NCBI GenBank assembly: GCA_038249035.1
Contig: JBBRWT010000001.1
Coordinates: 1,247-65,246 of the forward strand
Direction of reading: 5' to 3'
DNA: 64,000 nucleotides
Source: Actinomycetales bacterium
GTDB lineage: Bacteria; Actinomycetota; Actinomycetes; Actinomycetales; Microbacteriaceae
This document shows positions 31,348 to 40,155 of this stretch, one piece after another. A program made the translations under genes and the position numbers. The notes under the pieces are model-generated. The model was given only the letters and a program-made list of their open reading frames with translations. It was not told where the DNA came from and searched no databases. Each line of letters opens with the position of its first letter. Position 1 is the first letter of the stretch.

Positions 31348-31728
31348 CTACTCGCCGCGCTCGTCCTGACGTCGCTCCCAGCGATCCGTCATCGTGCTCA
31401 TCCACGAAGTGCGCGGTGCGCGCGTCGCACGCCCCGACGTCGAACCGGCGGTCGAACCGCCTTGAGCACCACGACCAGGAGAGATCACCATCAGCACACC
31501 ACCGAGCATGAGTCCGAAACCGACCACGCCAATGACGGGCTGGCGAACGATCACGCCGGCCACCAGGGCCGCGACGCCGGCCACGGCGAGCAGTGCGCCG
31601 ATGACGATCAGGCGGTAGTTTGGCTTGCCCCGGCGACCCGAAACCGTCGCCACGAAATCGGCGTCGTTCTGATAGAGATTGCGCTCCATCTCTTCCAGGA
31701 GACGCTGCTCGTGCTCCGACAGCGGCAT
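31348..31728 (-). CDS. DUF3040 family membrane protein
   Basis: MPLSEHEQRLLEEMERNLYQNDADF followed by two TM helices. Start at ATG 31728. Confidence 0.8.
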   Translation of the reverse strand: MPLSEHEQRLLEEMERNLYQNDADFVATVSGRRGKPNYRLIVIGALLAVAGVAALVAGVIVRQPVIGVVGFGLMLGGVLMVISPGRGAQGGSTAGSTSGRATRAPRTSWMSTMTDRWERRQDERGE

Positions 31729-31810
31729 GATGACTCCTTCAACGACTATGCGGGGTGAATGCTCGCCCGCGCCCTCATTGTAGGCTCGCGCACCTGGATA
31801 GGCTAGGCGA

Positions 31811-32932
31811 GTGCCTGAGAGAATGCGGTTAGTCGACCTAGTTAACGCTCGTCTCGAGCAGTTCCTCGACGAGCGCGCTACGCAACTGGGCACGATTGCC
31901 GACGATCTATCGGTGTTCACCGACGCGAGTCGCGACCTCCTCAGCGGCGGAAAACGGTTCCGTGCACTGTTCTGTTATTGGGGATGGCACGCCGTTGCCG
32001 GCACAGTCCGCGCCGACGACCTGCTCGCCGAGCTTGATGAGCATCCCGATCTCACGAGCGTCATTGACGCCGCAGCGTCCCTTGAGCTTTTTCACGCCGC
32101 CGCACTCGTGCATGACGACATCATGGACAATTCCGACACGCGCCGGGGTATGCCGTCGGCGCATCGACGATTCCAGGCCGACCACGCAGGTCGAGACTGG
32201 GTGGGGAGCGCGTCGACGTACGGAACGTCAGCGGCCCTGCTTCTGGGCGACCTGCTGCTGGCATGGAGCGACGAACTTCTTGACGCAGGCCTTGCCCACC
32301 TCGGCGACCCCGGCAGCGCGCGTGCAGCTCGGGCGGAGTTTCACACCATGCGCGCCGAAGTCACAGTCGGCCAGTACCTCGACATTCTCGAAGAAGTCGC
32401 CTGGCGCGACGCCGACGAAGCCGACCTGCTCTCGCGGGCACATCGAGTCGTGACCTTCAAGTCGGCAAAGTACTCGATCGAGGCCCCGCTCGCTCTCGGA
32501 GGGCTGATGGCGGGTGGAAGCCTCGAGCAGGTATCGGCCTTGCGCGCCTTCGGGCTGCCCCTCGGCGTCGCGTTCCAACTTCGCGACGACCTGCTCGGTG
32601 TGTTTGGCGACCCTGTCGTCACCGGCAAGCCAGCAGGCGACGACTTGCGCGAAGGAAAGCGCACGGTCATCATTGCGCTCGCCCGCGCGGCGCTCCCCGC
32701 CGGAGCCGTGCGCCTCATCGATGAACTGCTGGGCGACCCACAGCTCACCGAGCACCAGATCGCCACCCTGCAAGCGACCATTCGCGACAGCGGCGCCGTG
32801 GAGACCACCGAGAGCATCATCGCGCGCTCAGTCGCCGAGGCCGTCGCCGCTCTTGAGGATGCCCCCATCAGTCGGTCGGCACGCGCCGAACTCATCGGAT
32901 TGAGCGACCTGGTCACCCGCCGAGCGCACTAG
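31811..32932 (+). CDS. polyprenyl diphosphate synthase (geranylgeranyl-type)
   Basis: First and second Asp-rich motifs DDIMDNSDTRRG and DDLLGVFGD. Confidence 0.9.
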   Translation: MPERMRLVDLVNARLEQFLDERATQLGTIADDLSVFTDASRDLLSGGKRFRALFCYWGWHAVAGTVRADDLLAELDEHPDLTSVIDAAASLELFHAAALVHDDIMDNSDTRRGMPSAHRRFQADHAGRDWVGSASTYGTSAALLLGDLLLAWSDELLDAGLAHLGDPGSARAARAEFHTMRAEVTVGQYLDILEEVAWRDADEADLLSRAHRVVTFKSAKYSIEAPLALGGLMAGGSLEQVSALRAFGLPLGVAFQLRDDLLGVFGDPVVTGKPAGDDLREGKRTVIIALARAALPAGAVRLIDELLGDPQLTEHQIATLQATIRDSGAVETTESIIARSVAEAVAALEDAPISRSARAELIGLSDLVTRRAH

Positions 32933-32953
32933 CGCGCCGGCGAGAGCGCGCTA
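32930..32953. terminator. palindromic hairpin shared by two convergent genes
   Basis: TAGCGCGC-cggcgaga-GCGCGCTA. The 8-bp arms contain the TAG stops of both the synthase (+) and the Rv2175c-like gene (-). Confidence 0.4.
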
Positions 32954-33289
32954 CAAAGCCAGGGCCTGCGCGACGCGCCGCACCTCAGATTTGCGCCCGG
33001 CTCGCAACGCGGCAATCGGCGAGACACCGAGCATCTCGTTCACTGCGAGCATCCATTCCATGGCCTCGTCGTCGGTGAAGCCATCGTCCGCGAGCAGCAT
33101 AAGGGTGCCACGCACGTCTTTCAGAGGTTCGCCATCCTGCACGAACTCTTCGGGTACGACGAGCACCCTGTCGCGCCACACGGCGAGCAGGTGCCGATCT
33201 TCGATCAGGCGGTGCACTTTGCCCGGGCTCAGGTTGAGAAGTTCGACGAGAGCAGGGACGGTCAACCAACGAACGGATTCTTCAGCCAC
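32951..33289 (-). CDS. Rv2175c-family DNA-binding protein
   Basis: 112 aa. Winged-helix-like N-terminus LTVPALVELLNLSPGKVHRLIEDRHLL. It lies next to a Ser/Thr kinase locus, as in mycobacteria. Confidence 0.8.
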   Translation of the reverse strand: MAEESVRWLTVPALVELLNLSPGKVHRLIEDRHLLAVWRDRVLVVPEEFVQDGEPLKDVRGTLMLLADDGFTDDEAMEWMLAVNEMLGVSPIAALRAGRKSEVRRVAQALAL

Positions 33290-33464
33290 GACACCAGCGT
33301 GCCATGTCTGCGGCGCCCGAGGTACGCGTAGTGAATGTTACGAACATGTAAACTCACGTCACTTCTTCCCCATTGGTAGTCGTGCGTTGTAGTCTCTAAC
33401 AACGGATGGGGGCATCCGCCCCGCCCGTTCGGGCCGACCGGGGCACTGCGAAGGGTCGAAAACG

Positions 33465-34883
33465 ATGAGCGAGACTGAGCGCGCTATTGACACAGCGCGC
33501 AGCCCGCTAGGGGCATCTGATTCGACGGACCGCGCTCGCGCAGTGTTTTCTGGTTTGACTCCGCGCACTTTCGCCGACGATTCAGCAGTCGTCACGACGC
33601 CAGTCACCACCGCCGCTCGTCGCGACTTCGGGCGCCGGGCACGGTCGGCAGCTTTCACCAGCGTGCCCGTTGTGCTTACCGGCGCAATTGCGCTGGGGCT
33701 CGGGCTCACCGGTCCTGTCGATCCGGCCTACGCCCGCAAGCCTCTGCCGCCCAAGCCCGAGCAATCACCCTCGCCCCTCGGCTTGCGCGCCGCGCTCTCG
33801 CAGATCGGCGCCGCTCTTGTTCCGGGCGGCCTCGCCGCTCAAACCATGACCGCCAGTGCCGCGCCTGCCGTTTACACGGTGACTACCGGTGACACCGTGA
33901 GCAGTGTTGCCCAGCGCTTCGGCTTGTCGACCGCCTCGGTACTGGGCCTGAACGGCCTCTCATGGAAGTCGACCATCTTCCCTGGCCAGGTACTCGCGCT
34001 CACCACTGCACCCGTGAAGGCCACCGGCGTGCCGATGCCCACCACCTCGGCTGGCCGCTACAGCATCGTCAAAGGAGACACGCTCTCAGCCCTTGCGGCG
34101 CGGTTCGGGCTGTCAACCCAGTCGATCCTCGACGCTAACCGTTTGACCTGGACGAGCATCATCTACCCGGGTCAGACTCTCATCATCCCCGGCCGGGTTG
34201 CCGCGCCCCTCGCCGCTCCCGCGCCCATCGTCGGCGTGGCACCGGATGCCCCACGCGCATGGCCCGCATCCGACCCCGCCAGCGACGCGACCATTGCCTC
34301 GGCCACTGCCTCGGCCACTGCCTCGACTTCATCGGGCATCTCGGCCGCAGCCGCCGTCGCTGCCGTAGCCACCATGGCGATCGCGGAACGTCCCGTGCTC
34401 CCGGTCGAGCCTCGCCGATTCTCTCCTGCCCCCGGCACGCCGTCGGGCGGCGCCCCGAGTGGCCCTCCGAGCGGCGGAACCGTGACCCCGCTCACGGCCG
34501 ACATGCGCACCCACGCGACAACGATCATTCAGGTCGGCCGCCAACTGGGCGTGCCCGAGTACGGCATCGTCATCGCCCTCGCAACCGCCATGCAAGAGTC
34601 GTCACTGCGCAACCTCTCGTGGGGCGATCGCGACTCGGTCGGCCTGTTCCAGCAGCGCCCGGCTTCGGGCTGGGGTACGTCTGCCGACTTGCAGGTGCCA
34701 AGCCACGCCGCGCGATTGTTCTACGTGGGCCGTCCGGGCTACACCAGGGGGTTGCTCGGTATTGCCGGTTGGCAGGGCATGACACTCACGCGTGCCGCAC
34801 AGGCAGTGCAGATCTCGGCCCACCCCGACGAGTATGCCAAGTGGGAGGCGAGCGCCTGGGCCTGGTACTTCGAGCTCACCTGA
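33465..34883 (+). CDS. secreted/anchored LysM-domain protein with a C-terminal lytic-transglycosylase-like domain
   Basis: TM/signal anchor (VPVVLTGAIALGLGL) and two LysM repeats (YTVTTGDTVSSVAQRFG..., YSIVKGDTLSALAARFG...). The C-terminal domain carries AMQESSLRNL...GLFQQR. Confidence 0.85.
   Translation: MSETERAIDTARSPLGASDSTDRARAVFSGLTPRTFADDSAVVTTPVTTAARRDFGRRARSAAFTSVPVVLTGAIALGLGLTGPVDPAYARKPLPPKPEQSPSPLGLRAALSQIGAALVPGGLAAQTMTASAAPAVYTVTTGDTVSSVAQRFGLSTASVLGLNGLSWKSTIFPGQVLALTTAPVKATGVPMPTTSAGRYSIVKGDTLSALAARFGLSTQSILDANRLTWTSIIYPGQTLIIPGRVAAPLAAPAPIVGVAPDAPRAWPASDPASDATIASATASATASTSSGISAAAAVAAVATMAIAERPVLPVEPRRFSPAPGTPSGGAPSGPPSGGTVTPLTADMRTHATTIIQVGRQLGVPEYGIVIALATAMQESSLRNLSWGDRDSVGLFQQRPASGWGTSADLQVPSHAARLFYVGRPGYTRGLLGIAGWQGMTLTRAAQAVQISAHPDEYAKWEASAWAWYFELT
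34296..34328 (+). repeat. in-frame 12-nt tandem repeat (2.75 copies) inside the LysM gene linker
   Basis: gcctcggccact x2 plus gcctcgact, encoding ASATASATAST in a low-complexity linker. Confidence 0.8.
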
Positions 34884-34945
34884 TGCGTCCTCCGTGCCGC
34901 GCGTGGCACCCGGGCCGCCCAGGCCGCGCGACCTAGACTGACGCG

Positions 34946-36874
34946 GTGAGCTCCTCGACGACCGATCCCCTTATCGGCCGGCTGATCGACGGTAGATATC
35001 AGGTTCGCTCACGCATCGCACGCGGCGGCATGGCGACCGTGTATCTGGCCACCGACCAACGCCTCGACCGTCTCGTCGCGGTGAAGATCATGCACGGCCA
35101 CCTCGCCGATGACAGTCAATTTAAAGAGCGCTTCATCCAAGAGGCACGTTCGGCTGCTCGACTCGCGCACCCCAACGTCGTCAACGTCTTCGATCAGGGT
35201 CAAGACGCCGAGTCGGCGTATCTGGTGATGGAGTACTTGCCAGGCATCACCCTGCGCGAGTTGTTGCAGGAGTACGGCGCACTCACGCCCGAACAAACCA
35301 TGGACATCACCGAGGCTATTCTTGGCGGCCTCGCTGCAGCACACAAGGCAGGCATCGTGCACCGCGACCTGAAGCCCGAGAACGTACTTCTCGCCGACGA
35401 CGGCCGCATCAAGATTGGTGACTTCGGGCTCGCCCGTGCCGCCAGCGCTAATACTGCAACGGGGCAGGCGCTGCTCGGCACAATCGCCTATCTCTCCCCC
35501 GAGCTCGTCACACGCGGCATCGCCGACACCCGCAGCGACATTTATGCGGTCGGCATCATGATGTTCGAGATGCTCACCGGCGAGCAGCCCTTCAAGGGCG
35601 AGCAGCCGATGCAGATCGCCTATCAACATGCCAACGACTCTGTTCCCGCACCCAGCACCCTGAATCCCCGAGTGCCCGCCGAGTGGGACGAGCTTGTCGT
35701 GTGGGCGACGTCACGCGACCCGCAAGACAGGCCGGCGGATGCCCGCGCCCTGCTCGACCAACTCACCGAGACAGGCCGCTCTCTGCAGACGGCCTTGCCG
35801 ACCGCTGCCACCCAGCGCACCATGTTGCTGACCTCCCCGATTCCCACTGCTCTTGCAACGGGCGAGACTCAGGTGCTCGGCACGCGCGGGTCGGCGGAGC
35901 CACCCGAAGGGCCCTCGGCCACGGGCGAGTTGACGAGCCGCGGCGCGTCGAGTCGCCGCCGCGGCTGGATCCTCTTCGCCGCCGTGCTCGCACTTGCGGG
36001 CCTTGCCGCGGGTGTCGGCTGGTGGTTCGGGGCGGGGCCGGGTGCCCGCGTGAGTATCGCCGACGTGCGGGGCGACACGGTCGAGGCCGCACGGCTCATC
36101 CTTGTTGACCAAGGCGTCGCTGTCGCCGACGGCGTCGAAGAAGCCTTCGATCTCGAGGTCGGCGCGGGGCTCGTGGCCGCCACCGACCCAGCCGCCGGTG
36201 AGGTCATCGACCGCGACACGGTGGTGACGATTGTCGTATCGCTTGGTCCCGAGCCCACGACTGTGCCCAATGTCGTCGGGTTACCCGAGGCTGACGCGCG
36301 GATCGCACTCGTCGGCGCCGGATTCGACGTGGGCGAGGGCATCCCGCAGTTTGATGCTGACGTGCCGGAAGGCTCGGTTATCGCCGTCGTGGATGCCGAT
36401 GAGCTCGCGCTCGCGGCCGGCGCCGACTCATTCAAGGGCACTCCGGTGCAACTACTCGTTTCGGTTGGCACGATCCCCACGGTGCGGGGGCTCACCGTTG
36501 AGGCGGCGCAGGCGGCACTGAGCGCGCGCGACCTGGCCGGCATCGTCGGGGGCGAATCCGAGTTCGACAACGACGTGCCCCTGGGCGACGTGCTGCGGGT
36601 CGAGAGCACGAGCGAGACTCCCGTGCGACCCGGCACGACCCTCACGATCATCGTCTCGCGCGGCCCCGATCTGGTTGATATTCCCGACGTCGTCGGGCTG
36701 TCGATCAATGACGCCGTCGAACAGCTGCAGGCGGCAGGCTTCACCGTGGCGCTCGACACGAACGTGCCGCCCGGACTGCGCGGTTCGCCGCTCGCCCCCG
36801 TACAGGAGACGAACCCCGATCAATCAGAGCGGGCTTTGCGCGAAAGCACCATTACGGTGATCGCCAACTACTAG
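34946..36874 (+). CDS. Ser/Thr protein kinase with four extracellular PASTA-like repeats
   Basis: Kinase motifs HRDLKPEN, DFGLA and SPE. One TM helix, then four repeats of the type VPNVVGLPEADARIALVGAGF. Confidence 0.93.
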   Translation: MSSSTTDPLIGRLIDGRYQVRSRIARGGMATVYLATDQRLDRLVAVKIMHGHLADDSQFKERFIQEARSAARLAHPNVVNVFDQGQDAESAYLVMEYLPGITLRELLQEYGALTPEQTMDITEAILGGLAAAHKAGIVHRDLKPENVLLADDGRIKIGDFGLARAASANTATGQALLGTIAYLSPELVTRGIADTRSDIYAVGIMMFEMLTGEQPFKGEQPMQIAYQHANDSVPAPSTLNPRVPAEWDELVVWATSRDPQDRPADARALLDQLTETGRSLQTALPTAATQRTMLLTSPIPTALATGETQVLGTRGSAEPPEGPSATGELTSRGASSRRRGWILFAAVLALAGLAAGVGWWFGAGPGARVSIADVRGDTVEAARLILVDQGVAVADGVEEAFDLEVGAGLVAATDPAAGEVIDRDTVVTIVVSLGPEPTTVPNVVGLPEADARIALVGAGFDVGEGIPQFDADVPEGSVIAVVDADELALAAGADSFKGTPVQLLVSVGTIPTVRGLTVEAAQAALSARDLAGIVGGESEFDNDVPLGDVLRVESTSETPVRPGTTLTIIVSRGPDLVDIPDVVGLSINDAVEQLQAAGFTVALDTNVPPGLRGSPLAPVQETNPDQSERALRESTITVIANY

Positions 36875-36897
36875 GGGCGATCACGCGCGACATGGGC

Positions 36898-38268
36898 TTA
36901 GCTACGGCCGAGCTCTTCTGCCACGAGGAACGCAAGCTCAAGCGACTGCATGTGGTTGAGGCGCGGGTCGCAGAGCGACTCGTAGCGCGTCGCGAGCGTC
37001 TCTTCGTCGATGTGCTCGGAGCCGCCCAGGCACTCGGTGACGTCGTCACCCGTGAGCTCGACGTGGATGCCGCCCGGGTGCGTACCCACGGCGCGGTGAG
37101 ACTCGAAGAAGCCCTTGACCTCGTCGACGACGTCGTCGAAGCGCCGGGTCTTGTAGCCGTTGGGGGTAGTGAGTCCGTTGCCGTGCATGGGGTCGCATAC
37201 CCACAGCGGCGTCGCATCCATGCCGTTGATTGCCTCAAGCAACGGCGGTAAAGCATCCCGGACCGTACCGGCACCCATGCGCGTGATGAAGGTCAGGCGC
37301 CCGGGTTCGCGCTCCGGGTCGAGCACATCGATGAGCCGCTCCATCGTCTCGGGCGTCGTCGACGGCCCGAGCTTGACGCCGATCGGGTTGCGGATGCGCT
37401 TGAAGAAATCGACGTGCGCGCCATTCAGTTCGCGCGTGCGCTCGCCGATCCACAAGAAGTGGGCGCTCGTGTTGTAGGGCGTTCCGGTGCGCGAATCGAT
37501 GCGGGTCATGGGGCGCTCGTAGTCCATGAGCAGGCCCTCGTGGCTCGAGTAGAACTCGACGCGCTTGAGCTCGTCGAAGTCGGCACCAGCCGCTTCCATG
37601 AACTTCACGGCGCGATCGATCTCTTTCGCCAGACCCTCGTACCGCTGGTTGGCCGGGTTCGCGGCGAAGCCCTTGTTCCAGCTGTGCACCATGCGCAAGT
37701 CGGCAAAACCGCCCTGCGTAAACGCACGGATCAGGTTCAGGGTCGACGCGCTCGTGTGGTACCCCTTGACCAGACGCGCCGGGTCTGCCTGCCGCGATTC
37801 CGGCGTAAAGTCGTACCCGTTCACGATGTCGCCTCGGTAGGCGGGCAGCGTTACTTCTCCGCGCGTCTCGGAGTCGCTCGAGCGTGGCTTGGCGAATTGG
37901 CCGGCCATGCGCCCCATCTTAATGACGGGCATCGAGGCCCCATAGGTCAGCACGACGGCCATCTGCAGAATGGTCTTGACCCGGTTGCGAATCTGGTCGG
38001 CCGTGGCCCCGGCGAAGGTCTCGGCACAGTCGCCACCCTGCAGCAGGAACGCATCGCCACGGGCCGCGCGGGCGAGGCGCTCGCGCAACATGTCTACCTC
38101 GCCCGCGAAGACGAGCGGCGGCATAGTCGCTAGCTCGGCTGACGCCGCAGCGACGGCAATGGAGTCGGACCACGTGGGCTGTTGTTTAATCGGCAGCGTG
38201 CGCCAGTGATCGAGTCCGGCAATGACCGCAGGGTCAGCATGCACAACGGTTTCGAACGGGTCGACCAC
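36898..38268 (-). CDS. aroG: class II 3-deoxy-7-phosphoheptulonate (DAHP) synthase
   Basis: 456 aa. Full-length resemblance to actinobacterial/plant-type DAHP synthase (e.g. LLQGGDCAETF, RMAGQFAKPRS). Confidence 0.93.
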   Translation of the reverse strand: MVDPFETVVHADPAVIAGLDHWRTLPIKQQPTWSDSIAVAAASAELATMPPLVFAGEVDMLRERLARAARGDAFLLQGGDCAETFAGATADQIRNRVKTILQMAVVLTYGASMPVIKMGRMAGQFAKPRSSDSETRGEVTLPAYRGDIVNGYDFTPESRQADPARLVKGYHTSASTLNLIRAFTQGGFADLRMVHSWNKGFAANPANQRYEGLAKEIDRAVKFMEAAGADFDELKRVEFYSSHEGLLMDYERPMTRIDSRTGTPYNTSAHFLWIGERTRELNGAHVDFFKRIRNPIGVKLGPSTTPETMERLIDVLDPEREPGRLTFITRMGAGTVRDALPPLLEAINGMDATPLWVCDPMHGNGLTTPNGYKTRRFDDVVDEVKGFFESHRAVGTHPGGIHVELTGDDVTECLGGSEHIDEETLATRYESLCDPRLNHMQSLELAFLVAEELGRS

Positions 38269-38335
38269 GAGATAACGTCCTCACAGGGCGGGCGAGAGAA
38301 GAATGCGCAGCGCACGAACGCCGCGGTTCTCGAGC

Positions 38336-39025
38336 CTACCGGGCGTTGGCGGGGCGCTTGTCCTTGACGGTGGTCGCGTAGACGTCGCGGTACTCCTGCC
38401 CGCTAAGGCGTCCGAGCTCGTACATGATCTCGTCGGTGATCGAGCGCAACACGAAACGGTCGCTCTCGAGTCCGCTGAACCGAGTGAAGTCGAGGGGCTC
38501 GCCGAACACGACGCCCGGCCGCACCACTTTGGGCAGCTTCGAGCCGATCGGCATCACCTTCTCAGTGTCAATCATGGCCACCGGCACGACGACGGCGCCC
38601 GATTCGAGAATCATGCGGGCAACGCCCGTGCGCCCCCGATACATGATGCCGTCGGGGCTCCGAGTGCCTTCGGGGTAAATGCCCAAGGCGAAGCCCTCGG
38701 AGAGAACCCTGAGGCCCGTATTGAGCGATGCTTCGCTAGCCTTGCCCCCCGATCGGTCGATCGGCAGCTGGCCGCTCGCCTCAAAGAACAATTTGATGAG
38801 CCAACCCTTGATTCCGCGGCCAGTGAAGTAGTCGCTCTTAGCGAGGAACACCACACGCCGGTCAAGCACGAGCGGCAGAAAAACCGAGTCGGTGAATGAG
38901 AGGTGATTGCTGGCGAGGATGACCGCCCCTGTGCGAGGCACGTTCTCGACGCCGCGCACCCACGGCCGAAATGCCGTGAGCAGGATCGGCCCGATCACCA
39001 GGTTCTTCATTAACCAGTAAAACAC
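38336..39025 (-). CDS. plsC: 1-acyl-sn-glycerol-3-phosphate acyltransferase
   Basis: H-x4-D motif NHLSFTD and the PEGTRS motif. Confidence 0.85.
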   Translation of the reverse strand: MFYWLMKNLVIGPILLTAFRPWVRGVENVPRTGAVILASNHLSFTDSVFLPLVLDRRVVFLAKSDYFTGRGIKGWLIKLFFEASGQLPIDRSGGKASEASLNTGLRVLSEGFALGIYPEGTRSPDGIMYRGRTGVARMILESGAVVVPVAMIDTEKVMPIGSKLPKVVRPGVVFGEPLDFTRFSGLESDRFVLRSITDEIMYELGRLSGQEYRDVYATTVKDKRPANAR

Positions 39026-39098
39026 CGGGGAATCCCTTCGTCGACAGCGCGCATTAGCCTAACCCCTGCCCGCGCCGTGTGCGCGGTCGATCGTGCTC

Positions 39099-40052
39099 TC
39101 AGCGAGCAGGAGCGGTGGCGTGGATGCGCGCCAAGTCGGCAGCGCCCACCACTCCGGCGTCGTTCACGAGCTCGGCCACGACGAAGCGTGGCTCGGGGTG
39201 ATAGCCGCGCGCAGGCAAGTGTGCGAGGTACGACTCGCGCACCGGGTCGAGCAGCAAATCGCCGGCGATCGAGACGCCTCCCCCGAAGACGAATAGCTCG
39301 GGGTCGAGCACCGCGCTCAAACTCGCGCACGCCTGGCCCAGCCAGGTTCCCAGCTGCCGCAGGGCATGCAGTGCGCCCGCGTCGCGATCGATCAGCAGCC
39401 GGGCCACAATGTCGCCCGTGAGCCCCCCGGCACGCTCTCGCTCGACGGCGAGCTTTAACCCAATGCCGCCCGCGTCGGCGATCTCATTTGCCATGCGCAG
39501 AAGGGCCCGTCCGGAGCCGTACTGCTCGATGCACCCTCGCGCTCCACACCCGCAGGGCAGGCCGTCGGGAACCACGCGCAGGTGCCCGAGCTCACCCGCT
39601 GTGCCGAAGCCGCCGCGCAACAGGCGGTCGCCCGTGACAATCGCGCCACCGACGCCCGTGCCGATCGTCAACATCGTCATGTCGTGCGCATCCCGCGCCG
39701 CCCCGAACCGAAACTCGGCCCACCCAGCCGCGTTGGCGTCGTTGTCGATCGTCACGTCAAGATCGACGCGCTCGCGCAGTCGATCGCGGAACGGTTCGTG
39801 ACGCCAGTTGATGTTGGGGGCGTAGTACACGATCGACTGGGTCGAATCAATGAACCCAGCGGCGGCGACACCCGCGGCGATCACCTCGTGACCCTCGCGC
39901 AGCTGCTGGATCATGTGCACCACGAGGTCGGTGATCGCCGCCGGATCACCGGCTGGTGTGGTCTCGCGCAACTCGGCAAGAATCTCGCCGTCGTCGCTCA
40001 CCAGGGCTCCGGCGATCTTCGTTCCGCCGATGTCAATTCCGATGGAGTGCAC
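39099..40052 (-). CDS. glk: ROK family glucokinase
   Basis: GIDIGGTKI ATP-binding N-terminus and the ROK zinc motif CGCGARGCIEQYGSG. Confidence 0.88.
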   Translation of the reverse strand: MHSIGIDIGGTKIAGALVSDDGEILAELRETTPAGDPAAITDLVVHMIQQLREGHEVIAAGVAAAGFIDSTQSIVYYAPNINWRHEPFRDRLRERVDLDVTIDNDANAAGWAEFRFGAARDAHDMTMLTIGTGVGGAIVTGDRLLRGGFGTAGELGHLRVVPDGLPCGCGARGCIEQYGSGRALLRMANEIADAGGIGLKLAVERERAGGLTGDIVARLLIDRDAGALHALRQLGTWLGQACASLSAVLDPELFVFGGGVSIAGDLLLDPVRESYLAHLPARGYHPEPRFVVAELVNDAGVVGAADLARIHATAPAR

Positions 40053-40155
40053 GAGCGACGAGTCTAGTAAGGCACCGCACTCGCCTGGGCTTTCGCGCTC
40101 AGGGGGCGACTAGAGTGAGGGCACCATCCGCCCGCCCGGTACCAAAGGAGTTGCC

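Noticed and set aside
33290-33464. Possible cyclic-di-AMP (ydaO-type) riboswitch upstream of the LysM wall-hydrolase-like gene. Such genes are often under this riboswitch in Actinobacteria.
   Set aside because: I could not find the conserved ydaO core elements as I remember them (GGGGACCC / GGGGUGAAUC / CCGACAGCUAACC-like segments), only generic GC hairpins. A covariance-model search is needed, so it is not called.
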